Shown: positions 1 through 10,658, numbered from the whole stretch's first letter. The stretch: 62,532 nt of DNA, filler included, from Stramenopiles sp. TOSAG23-2 (GCA_900128395.1; 3 parts of 3 records of this genome joined end to end with filler, not necessarily neighbours in it), one strand, 5' to 3'. The notes: a model not told the origin generated them from the sequence alone. Program-made: numbers and translations.

Positions 1-38
1 CTAGTCATATATATATATATATACATATATAGTAAGTC

Positions 39-1406
39 ATGGGTAATCAACAAGCTGGCGGTGCAGGTGGTGGTGGACTTCCACCAGGTTTTCCTGGAGG
101 GCCAGGACAAGGTGGTGCAAATAAAAAAGATCAAAAAGATAAGAAGAAAAAGCGTTTTGAATCACAAGGTGGCCCCTCAAGAGTGGGTAAGAAGCGAGTG
201 AAGAAGGGGCCAGCGCCTGTCGTTAGATTGCCAAAGATATACCCAAGTGCAAAGTGTAAACTACGTTTATTAAAAATGCAACGAGTGAATGATTTTTTAT
301 TATTGGAAGAAGAATTTATGAAAAATCAAGAGATTTTAAAACCAAAAGAGGAAAAAGATAAGGAATTGCATGCGGCAGTCGAAGAACTGCGTGGTACTCC
401 TATGAACGTTGGTACACTCGAGGAAATGATCGATGACAACCATGCAATCGTTGGTGCAAGTTCTGGCCCTGAATATTATGTCAATATTACCTCTTTTGTC
501 GATAAAGACCAAATCGAACCAGGTAGCACAATTTTAACTCACCATAAGCATATGAGTGTTATCGGTATATTAGGGGAAGAGAATAACCCGATGGTAAGCA
601 TGATGAAAGTGGACAAAGCGCCATTGGAATCGTATGCGGATATTGGTGGCTGTGAGAAGCAAATACAAGAGATCAAAGAAGCAGTTGAATTACCATTGAC
701 GCACCCGGAGCTATATGAAGATATTGGTATTAGGCCACCGAAAGGCGTCATATTGTACGGTGAGCCAGGGACCGGGAAGACATTATTGGCAAAAGCAGTT
801 GCAAATCAAACATCAGCAACATTTTTGCGTATTGTTGGAAGTGAGCTCATACAAAAATACTTAGGGGAAGGTCCAAAGTTGGTACGTGAAGTTTTTAGAG
901 TCGCGGAAGACCATGCCCCATCCATTGTTTTTATTGATGAAATTGATGCGATCGGTACAAAACGATATGATTCAACAAGTGGTGGCGAACGGGAAATTCA
1001 GCGTACAATGCTTGAATTGTTGAACCAGTTGGACGGTTTTGATGAACGTGGTGATGTAAAAGTTATTATGGCAACGAATCGCATAGATTCGTTAGACCCT
1101 GCATTATTGCGCCCTGGCCGTATCGATCGTAAAATTGAATTCCCATTGCCGGATGAAAAAACCAAAAGACGAATTTTTGACATACATATCGGACGCATGA
1201 CATGTGCTGATGATGTTGATATTGAAGAATTTGTACAAGCGAAAGAAGATTTATCAGGTGCAGATATTAAAGCCATTTGTAGTGAAGCTGGTTTATTGGC
1301 TTTACGGGAAAGGCGCATGAAAGTCACCCAAGACGACTTTAAAAAAGCGAAGGAAAGAGCACTATATAAGAAAAAGGGCAGTGTGCCAGAAGGACTATAT
1401 TTGTAA
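39..1406 (+). CDS. RPT2: 26S proteasome AAA-ATPase subunit Rpt2 (regulatory subunit 4)
   Basis: 455 aa; Walker A GEPGTGKT, Walker B IVFIDEID, second region of homology [13 protein letters not shown]-terminal MG (myristoylation type); KCKLRLLK coiled coil; C-terminal HbYX tail GLYL. Confidence 0.97.
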   Translation: MGNQQAGGAGGGGLPPGFPGGPGQGGANKKDQKDKKKKRFESQGGPSRVGKKRVKKGPAPVVRLPKIYPSAKCKLRLLKMQRVNDFLLLEEEFMKNQEILKPKEEKDKELHAAVEELRGTPMNVGTLEEMIDDNHAIVGASSGPEYYVNITSFVDKDQIEPGSTILTHHKHMSVIGILGEENNPMVSMMKVDKAPLESYADIGGCEKQIQEIKEAVELPLTHPELYEDIGIRPPKGVILYGEPGTGKTLLAKAVANQTSATFLRIVGSELIQKYLGEGPKLVREVFRVAEDHAPSIVFIDEIDAIGTKRYDSTSGGEREIQRTMLELLNQLDGFDERGDVKVIMATNRIDSLDPALLRPGRIDRKIEFPLPDEKTKRRIFDIHIGRMTCADDVDIEEFVQAKEDLSGADIKAICSEAGLLALRERRMKVTQDDFKKAKERALYKKKGSVPEGLYL

Positions 1407-1876
1407 AAATAAGGGAAAAAAAGGAAAGATTTTTTTACACAATTTATTTTGAAAAAATCTGATAAAAAATTAAAAATACGTCAAAAAATGTGTGCGTGTC
1501 ATGATTTGTTGTTGTTCCTTTTACACATGAATTATGATTAAATATATAATATAGTATGTATATAGATACGTTCGTATGTACTTCTTGTGTGTATATATAT
1601 TTAATATTTAGAATTATGATTATGATTTAATGAAATCATATTATCAATATTTAAATATTAACACACATGTATTTTTAAAATATAATTACGACTTTTCGTA
1701 TGATACTTCTCGTAATGCAATATGGCGTTAATAAAAAATATTAAAAAAAATATTATCATATGATATGATTGGTTTATATAAAATCTATGATTAAGTTATA
1801 TTATTTATAAGCTATTTACCTGCTAATTTTAATATAATAAAAAAATAGGTTTTTACTTTTTTTTTAATTTTTTTTT

Positions 1877-2023
1877 TTAAACCAACACCACCCCGTAATT
1901 ACTATGAACTTCAAACGCCAAATCATTACTTGGTTCAATCACTTCAAATATTTGTGCTGGGTTAACTCTTATTTTTTCGCCATAAACACGGTGCGCATGT
2001 ACCTTCAAACTGGGACAGTCAAA
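1877..2023 (-). pseudogene. Orphan Met-less reading frame, possibly the 3' end of a truncated gene or a terminal exon
   Basis: Own translation: FDCPSLKVHAHRVYGEKIRVNPAQIFEVIEPSNDLAFEVHSNYGVVLV*. Coding-like composition; its upstream limit coincides with the duplication boundary at 2017. Confidence 0.3.
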
Positions 2024-2380
2024 TTATTCTTGGTAATTTTTTTTTTTTTAATGTTTGTAAATGACGTCGCAGTCAGTGGTGGGTTTTTTGTCATGTTATC
2101 AATCTCTGTCGTAATTGTTTTTGTCTGTCTGTTTGTTTGTTTGTGTCTAGTATCTTTTACTTTTTGTTTGTTTGTATTTGTTTTTTGATTTGGTCTATTA
2201 TATATATAGTCTTCTATGCTCCCGGTTCCCGCGTCGTCGTATTAAATATTTTTTAGTACAAATATCAAAATGGTATTTTTATGATTAAATATAATATATA
2301 TAGTGTATTTAAATTAATTAGACTACATAAAGTAAATATTTGCATAATTAGTATAGACACAGCATAAATACTATGTTAAT

Positions 2381-2395
2381 GTTAGGGTTAGGGTT
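2381..2395 (+). repeat. Short telomere-type repeat GTTAGGGTTAGGGTT (also 14153-14167)
   Basis: Read directly; exact reverse complement present at 54106-54120. Confidence 0.7.
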
Positions 2396-2705
2396 CATGC
2401 TCGTTTTTTGCTTTTTTGCCTTTTTGCGGTACCTCTCCCCCCCCCCGACCACCGGACCAAAAACGGAGCGGCTCTATATTAATAGTGTGGTGAGACACGG
2501 CACCATGACAAATTTATTAATGCATCATTCACATCACAAATAATAGCACAAATATGGACTAAATATATGTATTTGTATGTTCACATTATTTATTTTAATA
2601 ATAATAATAATATCCTTGATGCAAATTTAAAATCAAAAATGAAGATGCAAAAAACAAAATATTTAATCCCCTATACAACAATAAAAAGACGCTACTAGCT
2701 TTAAT

Positions 2706-3497
2706 ATGTCACATCCAAATGAAAATATTTTCTCTTGCTGTGTGGGGGGCTATAAAAGTGAAAGGCCATTGGTTTTATCCATCAAAATAATAAAGAGTAA
2801 GATTCAAAAGGCAGAAACAGAATTAAAAGAAGCAGATGGTGATGATGACGATGCTAAAATCGAAATAAAGAAATATAAAAGAATATTGGATTCTACACAA
2901 CGCTTAAATGAAATAAAAAAGCTATTGTATCGTGGTGAGTATGATGTTAATTGGCGCTCAAAGGAATTTCCAAATCATTCAGCTTTGCATCAAGCAGCGA
3001 AATTTGGACATAGCGATATCATTCACCACTTATTGCGAGCGGGTTGGGATGTCAATAGACGAAATGAGTATAAACAAACACCATTGATGATGGCAGCCTT
3101 ATTTGGAAATATACGATGTACAAAAGTTTTATTGAACATGGGTGCAAAAATGTTTATAAAAGATAAAACTGGATTCACTGCTATGGGATATTGTGAAAAA
3201 AATATAAAACAAAAAAATAAAAAAGAGAAATCCTGTACAAAAATTATGTCGATATTCCATGATTATTATGAGAAGCGTAAAGAAGCGCTTGAAGAATTCA
3301 AAGAAGAGGAAGAAAACATAGCAAGTGCACAAAAAGATGCAAGGCAAGATCAAGAAGTGGATTTCGATGACAATAGTAATGACGACGATGATGAATTAGA
3401 GATAGAAGAAGAAGGGAGCGAGTATGATGACGGTGAAGAAATGGATGATAATGATGACGACGACGATGGATATCAATCATTTTTTAATACATATTAA
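2706..3497 (+). CDS. Ankyrin-repeat protein with acidic C-terminal tail (copy 1)
   Basis: SALHQAAKFGHSDIIHHLLRAGWDVN, TPLMMAALFGN...VLLNMGA and GFTAM ankyrin repeats; D/E-rich tail. Confidence 0.9.
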   Translation: MSHPNENIFSCCVGGYKSERPLVLSIKIIKSKIQKAETELKEADGDDDDAKIEIKKYKRILDSTQRLNEIKKLLYRGEYDVNWRSKEFPNHSALHQAAKFGHSDIIHHLLRAGWDVNRRNEYKQTPLMMAALFGNIRCTKVLLNMGAKMFIKDKTGFTAMGYCEKNIKQKNKKEKSCTKIMSIFHDYYEKRKEALEEFKEEEENIASAQKDARQDQEVDFDDNSNDDDDELEIEEEGSEYDDGEEMDDNDDDDDGYQSFFNTY

Positions 3498-3861
3498 TCG
3501 GGGGCACAAATGTGTCAATGACGCCCATGACAGGAATTATAAATGTGGAGGTTGATGAATAAATTGCAAAATTTTATGTTGGGTTTTAGAGGAGAATTGA
3601 CAAGAGCTCAAATTGAAGAGCATGGTAGAGTTAGAGTTGAACGAAAGACAAAATCGAAGGTTTGAGTGCATTGAAAGTTGACACATCAAAATGTATTTTT
3701 GGTTCAATCGTTATTTTGACAATTGCTTGATTATGATCGGAAATGTTTATCCGTAATTTTTGAGCATAGTATTAACCGCGGGATGTAAAATTATTTTCGA
3801 CGAGTATATTTTTTAATTAAGAAACCTCTCTTAGATTTTAAAAAATCCATAATCATTCTTT

Positions 3862-5487
3862 TTATTCCTCATAAACATTACTTAATGCTCGCGAAGCCCT
3901 TGTCAACTGATCTTTCGCTGAATCAGCAATTACCCAACTGGTTCTCTTCGTTTTTTTATGTATAAAATAGTTTTTTCCTGAAGTTTGATCATGTTGGATA
4001 TTATAATCTTTACTAGTGGCTAATTCCCATTTTGTTTCCCCGGTATCTTTATTGTGGTAATATACTTTGCTACTATTAGGGTCAATATGCGCTTCCCACG
4101 ATTCTTTACTGGTGTTGTCTGTTTTGTTATCGGTCCTAGACTTTTCCAACGAAATATCACTCGATTGAAAGTCATTGCCTTCGGTTCTAGTATTACGTAC
4201 ATCATCATTCCATTCACTGGTAGTCTCACCAAGGTCAGTTCCAAAATTATTTTCTAATATCTGGTCATCCGCCTCATCATCACCAAGTGCAAAATCCCAA
4301 TCGCCAAATGCGTCTGCCATATCATCCATGATTGAATTTGCTGTTGTTTTTACGGTATGCCTTTGCATTGTATCCGCAACCGATCCGCGTCGTATCTTAC
4401 TGATTGCACTATTACCATTATTAACATTTTGTTTGCGGCTGGTATTGGAAGCGTTTGGTTGGTATTGGACTAATAACTGATGCATTTCTGCATTTTTGCT
4501 ATCGGTAATAATTTGCAATATTTTATTATCTGCATATCTTATTATTATCGTTTTGTTTGTTTCCATCGTAATGCTGTTGATAGATGCGTAACTTATGACA
4601 ACAGCCACATCGGTATCGTTCCCGTTTAGTGTCGTACCTTTCCAATTTATCCCCAAACGACCATTGGAAATAACCGTTACAGTTTTTGAAAATGAATATT
4701 TCACGTTGAAAAAGGCACTACCATATTCGTTACTGCACAATTTTTTGTAATCATATATAAATTCTTTCATTATGTGCAGCTGATCATCTTTCTCAATCAA
4801 CTTGTTATATGCCTTTATAATATCTTGCACCAATAATTTTGCTTCTTTTTTTGTTCTACCGTTTTGCTTATTTCCCGGATCTGGCACTAACTTTTTGAAG
4901 TTATCTTTTATTTTCTTTTTTATGGTTTTTAGAAATTTTTTGTTTTTATTACCATCATTTTCAAAGAATAACTTCGTTGCTGCAAAACGGGGTAGGTCCT
5001 TTGTCTGAATTTTATAATCGTCTTTTAGTATATGCTCGGTCAAATCAACATATGTTAATCGCAATGCATTGTCCATGGTGCTATTTGCATTTTCAGCTAA
5101 TATATCTAAAGGATCGTTTGGCTCATACTTCCACCTTTTTAAAATAAAAGTCACATCGTCATCATCAATATGATCTTGTTTTGCCTCCCATCTAACAACA
5201 ACACCAAGTATAAATTCATCTTTTTTACAAAGTCGAGGCTCTAACCCATTATGGCATTCATATATTGCAAGCACATCTTCCGGTGTTGTCAAATTAATGC
5301 GATGGATATTAACAATTTCTCGTAGAACGTCTGCCATCGTAGTCCTAGATGAACAATTTACTCGATCAACTTGGCCATCCAACAAACGGATTGGTATTTT
5401 CACTTCATACAAGTGATCATCATTGATTAACGCTTGGTTAATGTTTTCTATCGTCCATTGCTCGTTGCGCAATGCTGCACCACGCAT
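3862..5487 (-). CDS. FERM-like domain protein with two C-terminal WW domains, probably 5'-truncated (copy 1)
   Basis: F1-like PIRLLDG..SRTT..AIYE..WE..FILKR; F2-like LTYVD..IL..DY; F3-like YGSAFF..LGINWKG; WW-like WEAHIDPNSSKVYYHNKDTGETKW and DQTSGKNYFIHKKTKRTSW. First in-frame ATG at 5487; frame open up to 5559. Confidence 0.75.
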   Translation of the reverse strand: MRGAALRNEQWTIENINQALINDDHLYEVKIPIRLLDGQVDRVNCSSRTTMADVLREIVNIHRINLTTPEDVLAIYECHNGLEPRLCKKDEFILGVVVRWEAKQDHIDDDDVTFILKRWKYEPNDPLDILAENANSTMDNALRLTYVDLTEHILKDDYKIQTKDLPRFAATKLFFENDGNKNKKFLKTIKKKIKDNFKKLVPDPGNKQNGRTKKEAKLLVQDIIKAYNKLIEKDDQLHIMKEFIYDYKKLCSNEYGSAFFNVKYSFSKTVTVISNGRLGINWKGTTLNGNDTDVAVVISYASINSITMETNKTIIIRYADNKILQIITDSKNAEMHQLLVQYQPNASNTSRKQNVNNGNSAISKIRRGSVADTMQRHTVKTTANSIMDDMADAFGDWDFALGDDEADDQILENNFGTDLGETTSEWNDDVRNTRTEGNDFQSSDISLEKSRTDNKTDNTSKESWEAHIDPNSSKVYYHNKDTGETKWELATSKDYNIQHDQTSGKNYFIHKKTKRTSWVIADSAKDQLTRASRALSNVYEE

Positions 5488-5543
5488 TGCCAAAGACGAT
5501 TTTCGCCGTTTTGTACCACTGGTGAAGAAGCCTCTTAAGCTTA

Positions 5544-5605
5544 ACCGCCTGCTTGTTGATTACCCATGACTTACTATATATGTATATATATATATATATG
5601 ACTAG
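5544..5605 (-). repeat. Inverted copy of window positions 1-62 (RPT2 leader plus codons 1-8); also 17316-17377
   Basis: Reverse complement matches 1-62 at 61 of 62 nt; creates the out-of-frame mini-[11 protein letters not shown] at 5567-5541. Confidence 0.93.
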
Positions 5606-7156
5606 GTATTAAATTATGGAGAGTGTGATTGTATGCAAATATATATGTTCGTTTCTGGTTGAATATATATATGTCCGTATACAATTTATGATATTAAAAT
5701 CTATACATACGTATATATATATCAATTTACATCTTTTTATTTGATGATGTTCCTAGTTGTTTTTAGTTCAATACTATCCCATTCTATTTATTCAATAATA
5801 ATTATTATTATTCAATTCAATATTTTTGAATATTATTGCAAAGAATAGTACCTGGATAATACATGGAATAGCACTAAATCTACCTCTCTGGGCGGACTAC
5901 ACCCAACAAAGCACCCATCAATAAAGTGTGGATTAAGGTTATTTGATAGGGGCGATATGGGCCAGTTTAATACTAGGTAGCTCAGCTAGTCGTCTACTGA
6001 TATAGTCGTCTATTAGACTAATACCCTCCTCCGCTCTATCAAAGTCTGTAGTTTGTCCAACTTCTTCACTGAATATAAAGATGCAGATGAACGTACAGAT
6101 GTGTGTTCCAACCAAAACGATTTATTTCATTATTTAGAATTATAGGTGGGGGATATTAATCGTTTCATTTTTTTTTCATATTTTAAAGTGCATAAAAACT
6201 AATTAACAATTAGCATACCAATAGCACTACTGCCTTTTTCATAAATGTAAACAACTACTATATCCGCAACAACGTTTTATAGATCAAAAATAGAAAAAAA
6301 TAGAAAAAGTGCAAAACATTCACACATATTATAAGAGATGCATCAAAACAAAAAAAAAGTAAAAAAGAGGAAGATGATGAAGAAGCCGTTTTCCTTTAAA
6401 AATATTTCGTTAAATATATATATCTTGTCGATGCGGGCATAGAGTCTTGCTTGCCGCATATATAAGGAAAGATTATGTCATGTATATATATATGATGCGT
6501 CATCGTATGTTTTAATGGTGTTGTAAATAATTAGTTTTACTTAAAATATATGTATATATATATTAATATACGATAATGTATACCTGTAAAATATAAGTAT
6601 TATATTAGCTGTGTCACATACCACGCGGTACAATATATCGATATATGCACAGTAAATTAAGGGAAATTGTATTTGATAATCTAATCTACATTCGAACAAA
6701 TCATCATGGGTAGTCTAATATAATGGTAGAGCTACTGTACGCGTGCGTACTACTGGTGTACGCTGTTGGAATATATTCGTAATATTCCTTATTATTACCA
6801 AGGTATTATACCAGGTAATTAATACTGTAACATCAATATGATATAATTTTATTAGTACATGTACAATTGTATATTAATATATATACATTAACATTAACTC
6901 CGCCGCTGTATAAATATTTTTACTATTGGCCTAATACTATTCTTCTAAACATTTTTTTGGTAGAACCCCTACAGTTCTGGAATAAAATCCATAAAAGGGT
7001 ATCATAAGAATAGATTTATTCACGAATTATCCATCAAATATTTCAAAACAAAGTATTTATATATAAAATATACAATTGTTCGCAGCGAATCGTCATCGAT
7101 ACCGATATAATAACGTTAATATAAAATACCATAAAATTTAAATTACTTTGATACCA

Positions 7157-8698
7157 ATGTCTAACCAAAAAACTTTAAGGAAAATATCTATGTCAGAAAT
7201 TAAAAAACATACGACACCCGATGATTGCTGGGTTGTATTAAATGGAAAAGTGTACGATTTGTCAACTTTCCATTCGGAGCATCCTGGTGGTTCTAGATTA
7301 ATTACGAACAATGCGGGAAAGGATGCTACTGCTCTATTTGCTCCTATACATCCTAAAGATATTACAGAAAGATTGTTACCTCCGGAAGCGTGCATTGGTA
7401 TTGTTGACGTAAGTACGGTAGTGCCTGATGATATCGTTGCTGGTAAAGAAAGTGCACCACCACGTGGCAACCAAGTGGCCAATAATACCGACAAAAATGA
7501 CAACAACAACCATACCGGAATTTATGTTAAACCAACTATTGATAAAATATTAAATATATACGATTTTGAATCTGTTGCTGCAAATACCATGACCGAAGAA
7601 GGTTGGGGATATTATTCCTCAGGTGCTGATGATGAAATTACTTTGCGTGAAAATCATACTGCATTTCAACGTATATGGTTTAAACCACGAGTAATGGTCA
7701 ATGTAAAAGATGTGGATATATCTAGTAAAATTTTAGGGTACAACACATCTATGCCGGTTTATTTTACGGCAACGGCACTTGGTAAATTAGCACATGAAGA
7801 TGGGGAATTGGCGATTTCAAGGGCTGCAAATAAATCTAGATTAATATATATGTTGCCAACATTGAGCTCGTATACTTTGGATGAAATGTTGGAAGTGCGT
7901 GGGCCGGATCAAATACAATTTGGTCAGTTGTATGTTAACGCGGAGCGATCACGTTCAAAAGAATATGTGGAAAAACTGGAAAACGGTGGCTGCAAAGCTT
8001 TATTTATAACGGTGGATGCACCGCAACTAGGTAGGCGGGAGAAAGATATGCGGAATAAATTTACTGAAGATGCCGATGTGCAAAAAGATGATGATGTACA
8101 ACGCGATGAAGGGGTTGCAAAAGCAATTAGTGCATTTATTGATCCAAGTTTGTCATGGGATGATTTGCCATGGTTTCAGAGTATAACTGAAATGCCAATC
8201 GTATTAAAAGGTGTGGCATGTGGCTTAGATGCTGTGCAAGCATATAAATATGGTGTACAAGGAGTTGTTCTAAGTAATCACGGCGGTAGACAATTAGATA
8301 CAGCAAGGTCTGGAATTGAAATTTTACCGGAGGTTGTGACTGCCTTGAGTAATCATGACCCAAATTGGAGGAAGCAATTTCAAGTATATGTTGACGGTGG
8401 TGTCAGGCGTGGTAGTGATATATTTAAAGCCCTTGCGCTCGGTGCAACAGCTGTCGGGATAGGTCGCCCAGTGTTGTACAGCTTAGCATCGTATGGGCAA
8501 CCAGGCATTGAGCGTATGGTCGAATTGCTGAAAGATGAATTAATAATGTGCATGAGATTGATGGGTTGTCCAACCATTGCAGATATAACTGCTGATCATG
8601 TAATAGCAAAGAACCTAGATTCGCATATACCTGCGCAAGCAAGAGATCATTTGCATTTAGGTGTATATGAACCTATGAAGAGTATAAGTAAACTGTAG
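7157..8698 (+). CDS. CYB2: Flavocytochrome b2-like protein (cytochrome b5 domain + FMN alpha-hydroxy-acid dehydrogenase) with C-terminal SKL (copy 1)
   Basis: b5 domain DCWVVLNGKVYD/HPGG; YYSSGADDE, TVDAPQLGRRE, IVLKG, SNHGGRQLD, DGGVRRGSD; ends SKL*. ATG at 7157 (the ORF track starts at a TTG, 7148). Confidence 0.93.
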   Translation: MSNQKTLRKISMSEIKKHTTPDDCWVVLNGKVYDLSTFHSEHPGGSRLITNNAGKDATALFAPIHPKDITERLLPPEACIGIVDVSTVVPDDIVAGKESAPPRGNQVANNTDKNDNNNHTGIYVKPTIDKILNIYDFESVAANTMTEEGWGYYSSGADDEITLRENHTAFQRIWFKPRVMVNVKDVDISSKILGYNTSMPVYFTATALGKLAHEDGELAISRAANKSRLIYMLPTLSSYTLDEMLEVRGPDQIQFGQLYVNAERSRSKEYVEKLENGGCKALFITVDAPQLGRREKDMRNKFTEDADVQKDDDVQRDEGVAKAISAFIDPSLSWDDLPWFQSITEMPIVLKGVACGLDAVQAYKYGVQGVVLSNHGGRQLDTARSGIEILPEVVTALSNHDPNWRKQFQVYVDGGVRRGSDIFKALALGATAVGIGRPVLYSLASYGQPGIERMVELLKDELIMCMRLMGCPTIADITADHVIAKNLDSHIPAQARDHLHLGVYEPMKSISKL

Positions 8699-9200
8699 AA
8701 GGAAAGAAAAGGAGATTGTTATTTTCATTTTTTTAAATAATTAATTTATATATTCGTAATATACTAGTATACATCATCATTATACGCATAATTATCATAT
8801 CATATCATAGGGGAGGAACATTTGCATTATCATTACTATTTTGTTTGGGTGGTAGGGTGGAGTTTTGATTAAAATTTTATTTTATAAGTAATAAACCAAT
8901 TTTTATAAAAGAAGATATATAGTTTAAATTATACGTATACCATACTATGATAGTTATATGTGCATATTATATGGTGCATCATTTATATATGAGCTGATAA
9001 TAAGTGTCGTACGAAGTGTTCAATAATAATGATATCATGAGTCAATTTTAAAATACAGAACTAAAAAATTATATGATAATACGCTTCATATGCGTAATTA
9101 AAAAAGTAGATTACTATTTCATTTTACGTATACTGGTATATTCGTATATTATATATATATATATTATATATATATATTATACGTGCACACATTACTTTTC

Positions 9201-10061
9201 TTAATCAAACATATCTCTTAATTGTTCTAATACGACAAAAATGATTACAACCCTAGGTCCAATACGTGCATAATTTGGCCCAAAGCCTTTCCATAAGGCT
9301 AACGCACCTTCTGATTTAGCTGTCTTCGTGAAACAATCCAACATATTATTATATTTACCTTCAGTAGCGGAACTATTCATCAATCTACTTCTTGCAACAT
9401 CAAATGGATTCATACACCAACAACTAACAATACCAGCAACTAATGCTGCTGTTACATGCACTTTTATTGAAGACCCTGTACTTTCAATAAAGACATATTT
9501 TAATATACCTTGTTTAACATCATCATAAATGGCCAACTCCGACATAGCCCCAACACACGCTCTTGAAGCCGCAGGAATTGTCCCTCGATAAAAACCAAAA
9601 ATCCCATCATTTTTTATAATATCACGAATAATTTTTGCCATTTTAGGTCGTTTATTAGGGTCCCTTGTATTGTCTGCCATCATGCGAACTTTTAAAACGT
9701 CACTTGGTACAGCGAATGCACTACTACATGTACCGGATATAGCACCAGCTAATATTTTTTTCCATAGTGGGCAGTTACCACTTGAATCCACTCCTAAACG
9801 CTTTTTAATCGGTTCGTAGGAACCATACCTAGCACTACCGTAAGTCATTTGTCGTATCAACGCAGGCGACAAGCCTTTCCATAAAGCCCGAACGCCCTCT
9901 TTTCGCGATATTTGCTTAACAGCATCAAAAACACCCCCATACATTTTCTTCGCACCAAGTTCACCGGATAGTTGTAAACGAGTTTTAACAACGTCTATTG
10001 GGCACGTAATGCATTCTGCGGTACAACAAGCAACGCATGAGAACGCAAAGCCTTTTAACAT
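9201..10061 (-). CDS. Mitochondrial carrier (SLC25; UCP/dicarboxylate/oxoglutarate-carrier-like) (copy 1)
   Basis: Three signature motifs PIDVVKTRLQ, PSDVLKVRM, PFDVARSRLM; LIRQMTY..R.G.YE; EGALALWKGF.PNYARIGP. Confidence 0.93.
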   Translation of the reverse strand: MLKGFAFSCVACCTAECITCPIDVVKTRLQLSGELGAKKMYGGVFDAVKQISRKEGVRALWKGLSPALIRQMTYGSARYGSYEPIKKRLGVDSSGNCPLWKKILAGAISGTCSSAFAVPSDVLKVRMMADNTRDPNKRPKMAKIIRDIIKNDGIFGFYRGTIPAASRACVGAMSELAIYDDVKQGILKYVFIESTGSSIKVHVTAALVAGIVSCWCMNPFDVARSRLMNSSATEGKYNNMLDCFTKTAKSEGALALWKGFGPNYARIGPRVVIIFVVLEQLRDMFD

Positions 10062-10658
10062 GTTCTAACAATAATATCGTTGTTTATGTTTTTTAAATAT
10101 ATAAAGCATGGAGGGATGTGCGCGCGTGTGTGTTCCGGTATATATATAAGGTTGCAATATTAACACTATTACTTATTCCAAAACAACTTTGTAATATTAT
10201 AATTTCTCTCCCCTCTCTCACTTTAAATAATTATTATTATAGATGATATGCACACATGCACTACATGTATAGGGAATTATATATTTATCAGTTTAAGTGT
10301 TTAAGTATTTTAATATATTAATCCTTAAGATGGCGAGGAGCACACCACACTATAACTAACACCACAACAGGTGGTATTACGTATAATATTTTATAATAAA
10401 TAATTCTGGCGGCAGCAATGTTACTCTGGTACAGTATTATAATTATTATTAGAATGATGTAATAAAAAATGGTTATTATTATAAATATAATTGAATTAAT
10501 AAAACCCACAAAGTTGCCAAACATATAATAATACCAAGGAATACAATAGTCGTATCCGGATATATCTATATCAATATATTTATAGAAGACAATAATATAA
10601 TATAATATACTAAAAGCAATAAGTGAATATAAAATAAACACGAGTTTATCAATTGGAA

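Noticed and set aside
1904..2188. Hydrophobic 94-aa ORF (and 13661-13960, 10318-10692, 22090-22464, 47664-48053, 58053-58397)
   Set aside because: Products of T-rich or AT-rich low-complexity intergenic sequence, with no recognisable motifs.
5535..5544. TTAA-GC-TTAA as a piggyBac footprint
   Set aside because: piggyBac normally excises precisely and no element is present; TTAA is common in AT-rich DNA. Kept only as a junction feature.
5541..5567. Tiny intron putting MGNQQAGG in frame with FERM-WW
   Set aside because: The GT..AG pairs I tried were implausibly short and did not restore the FERM frame.
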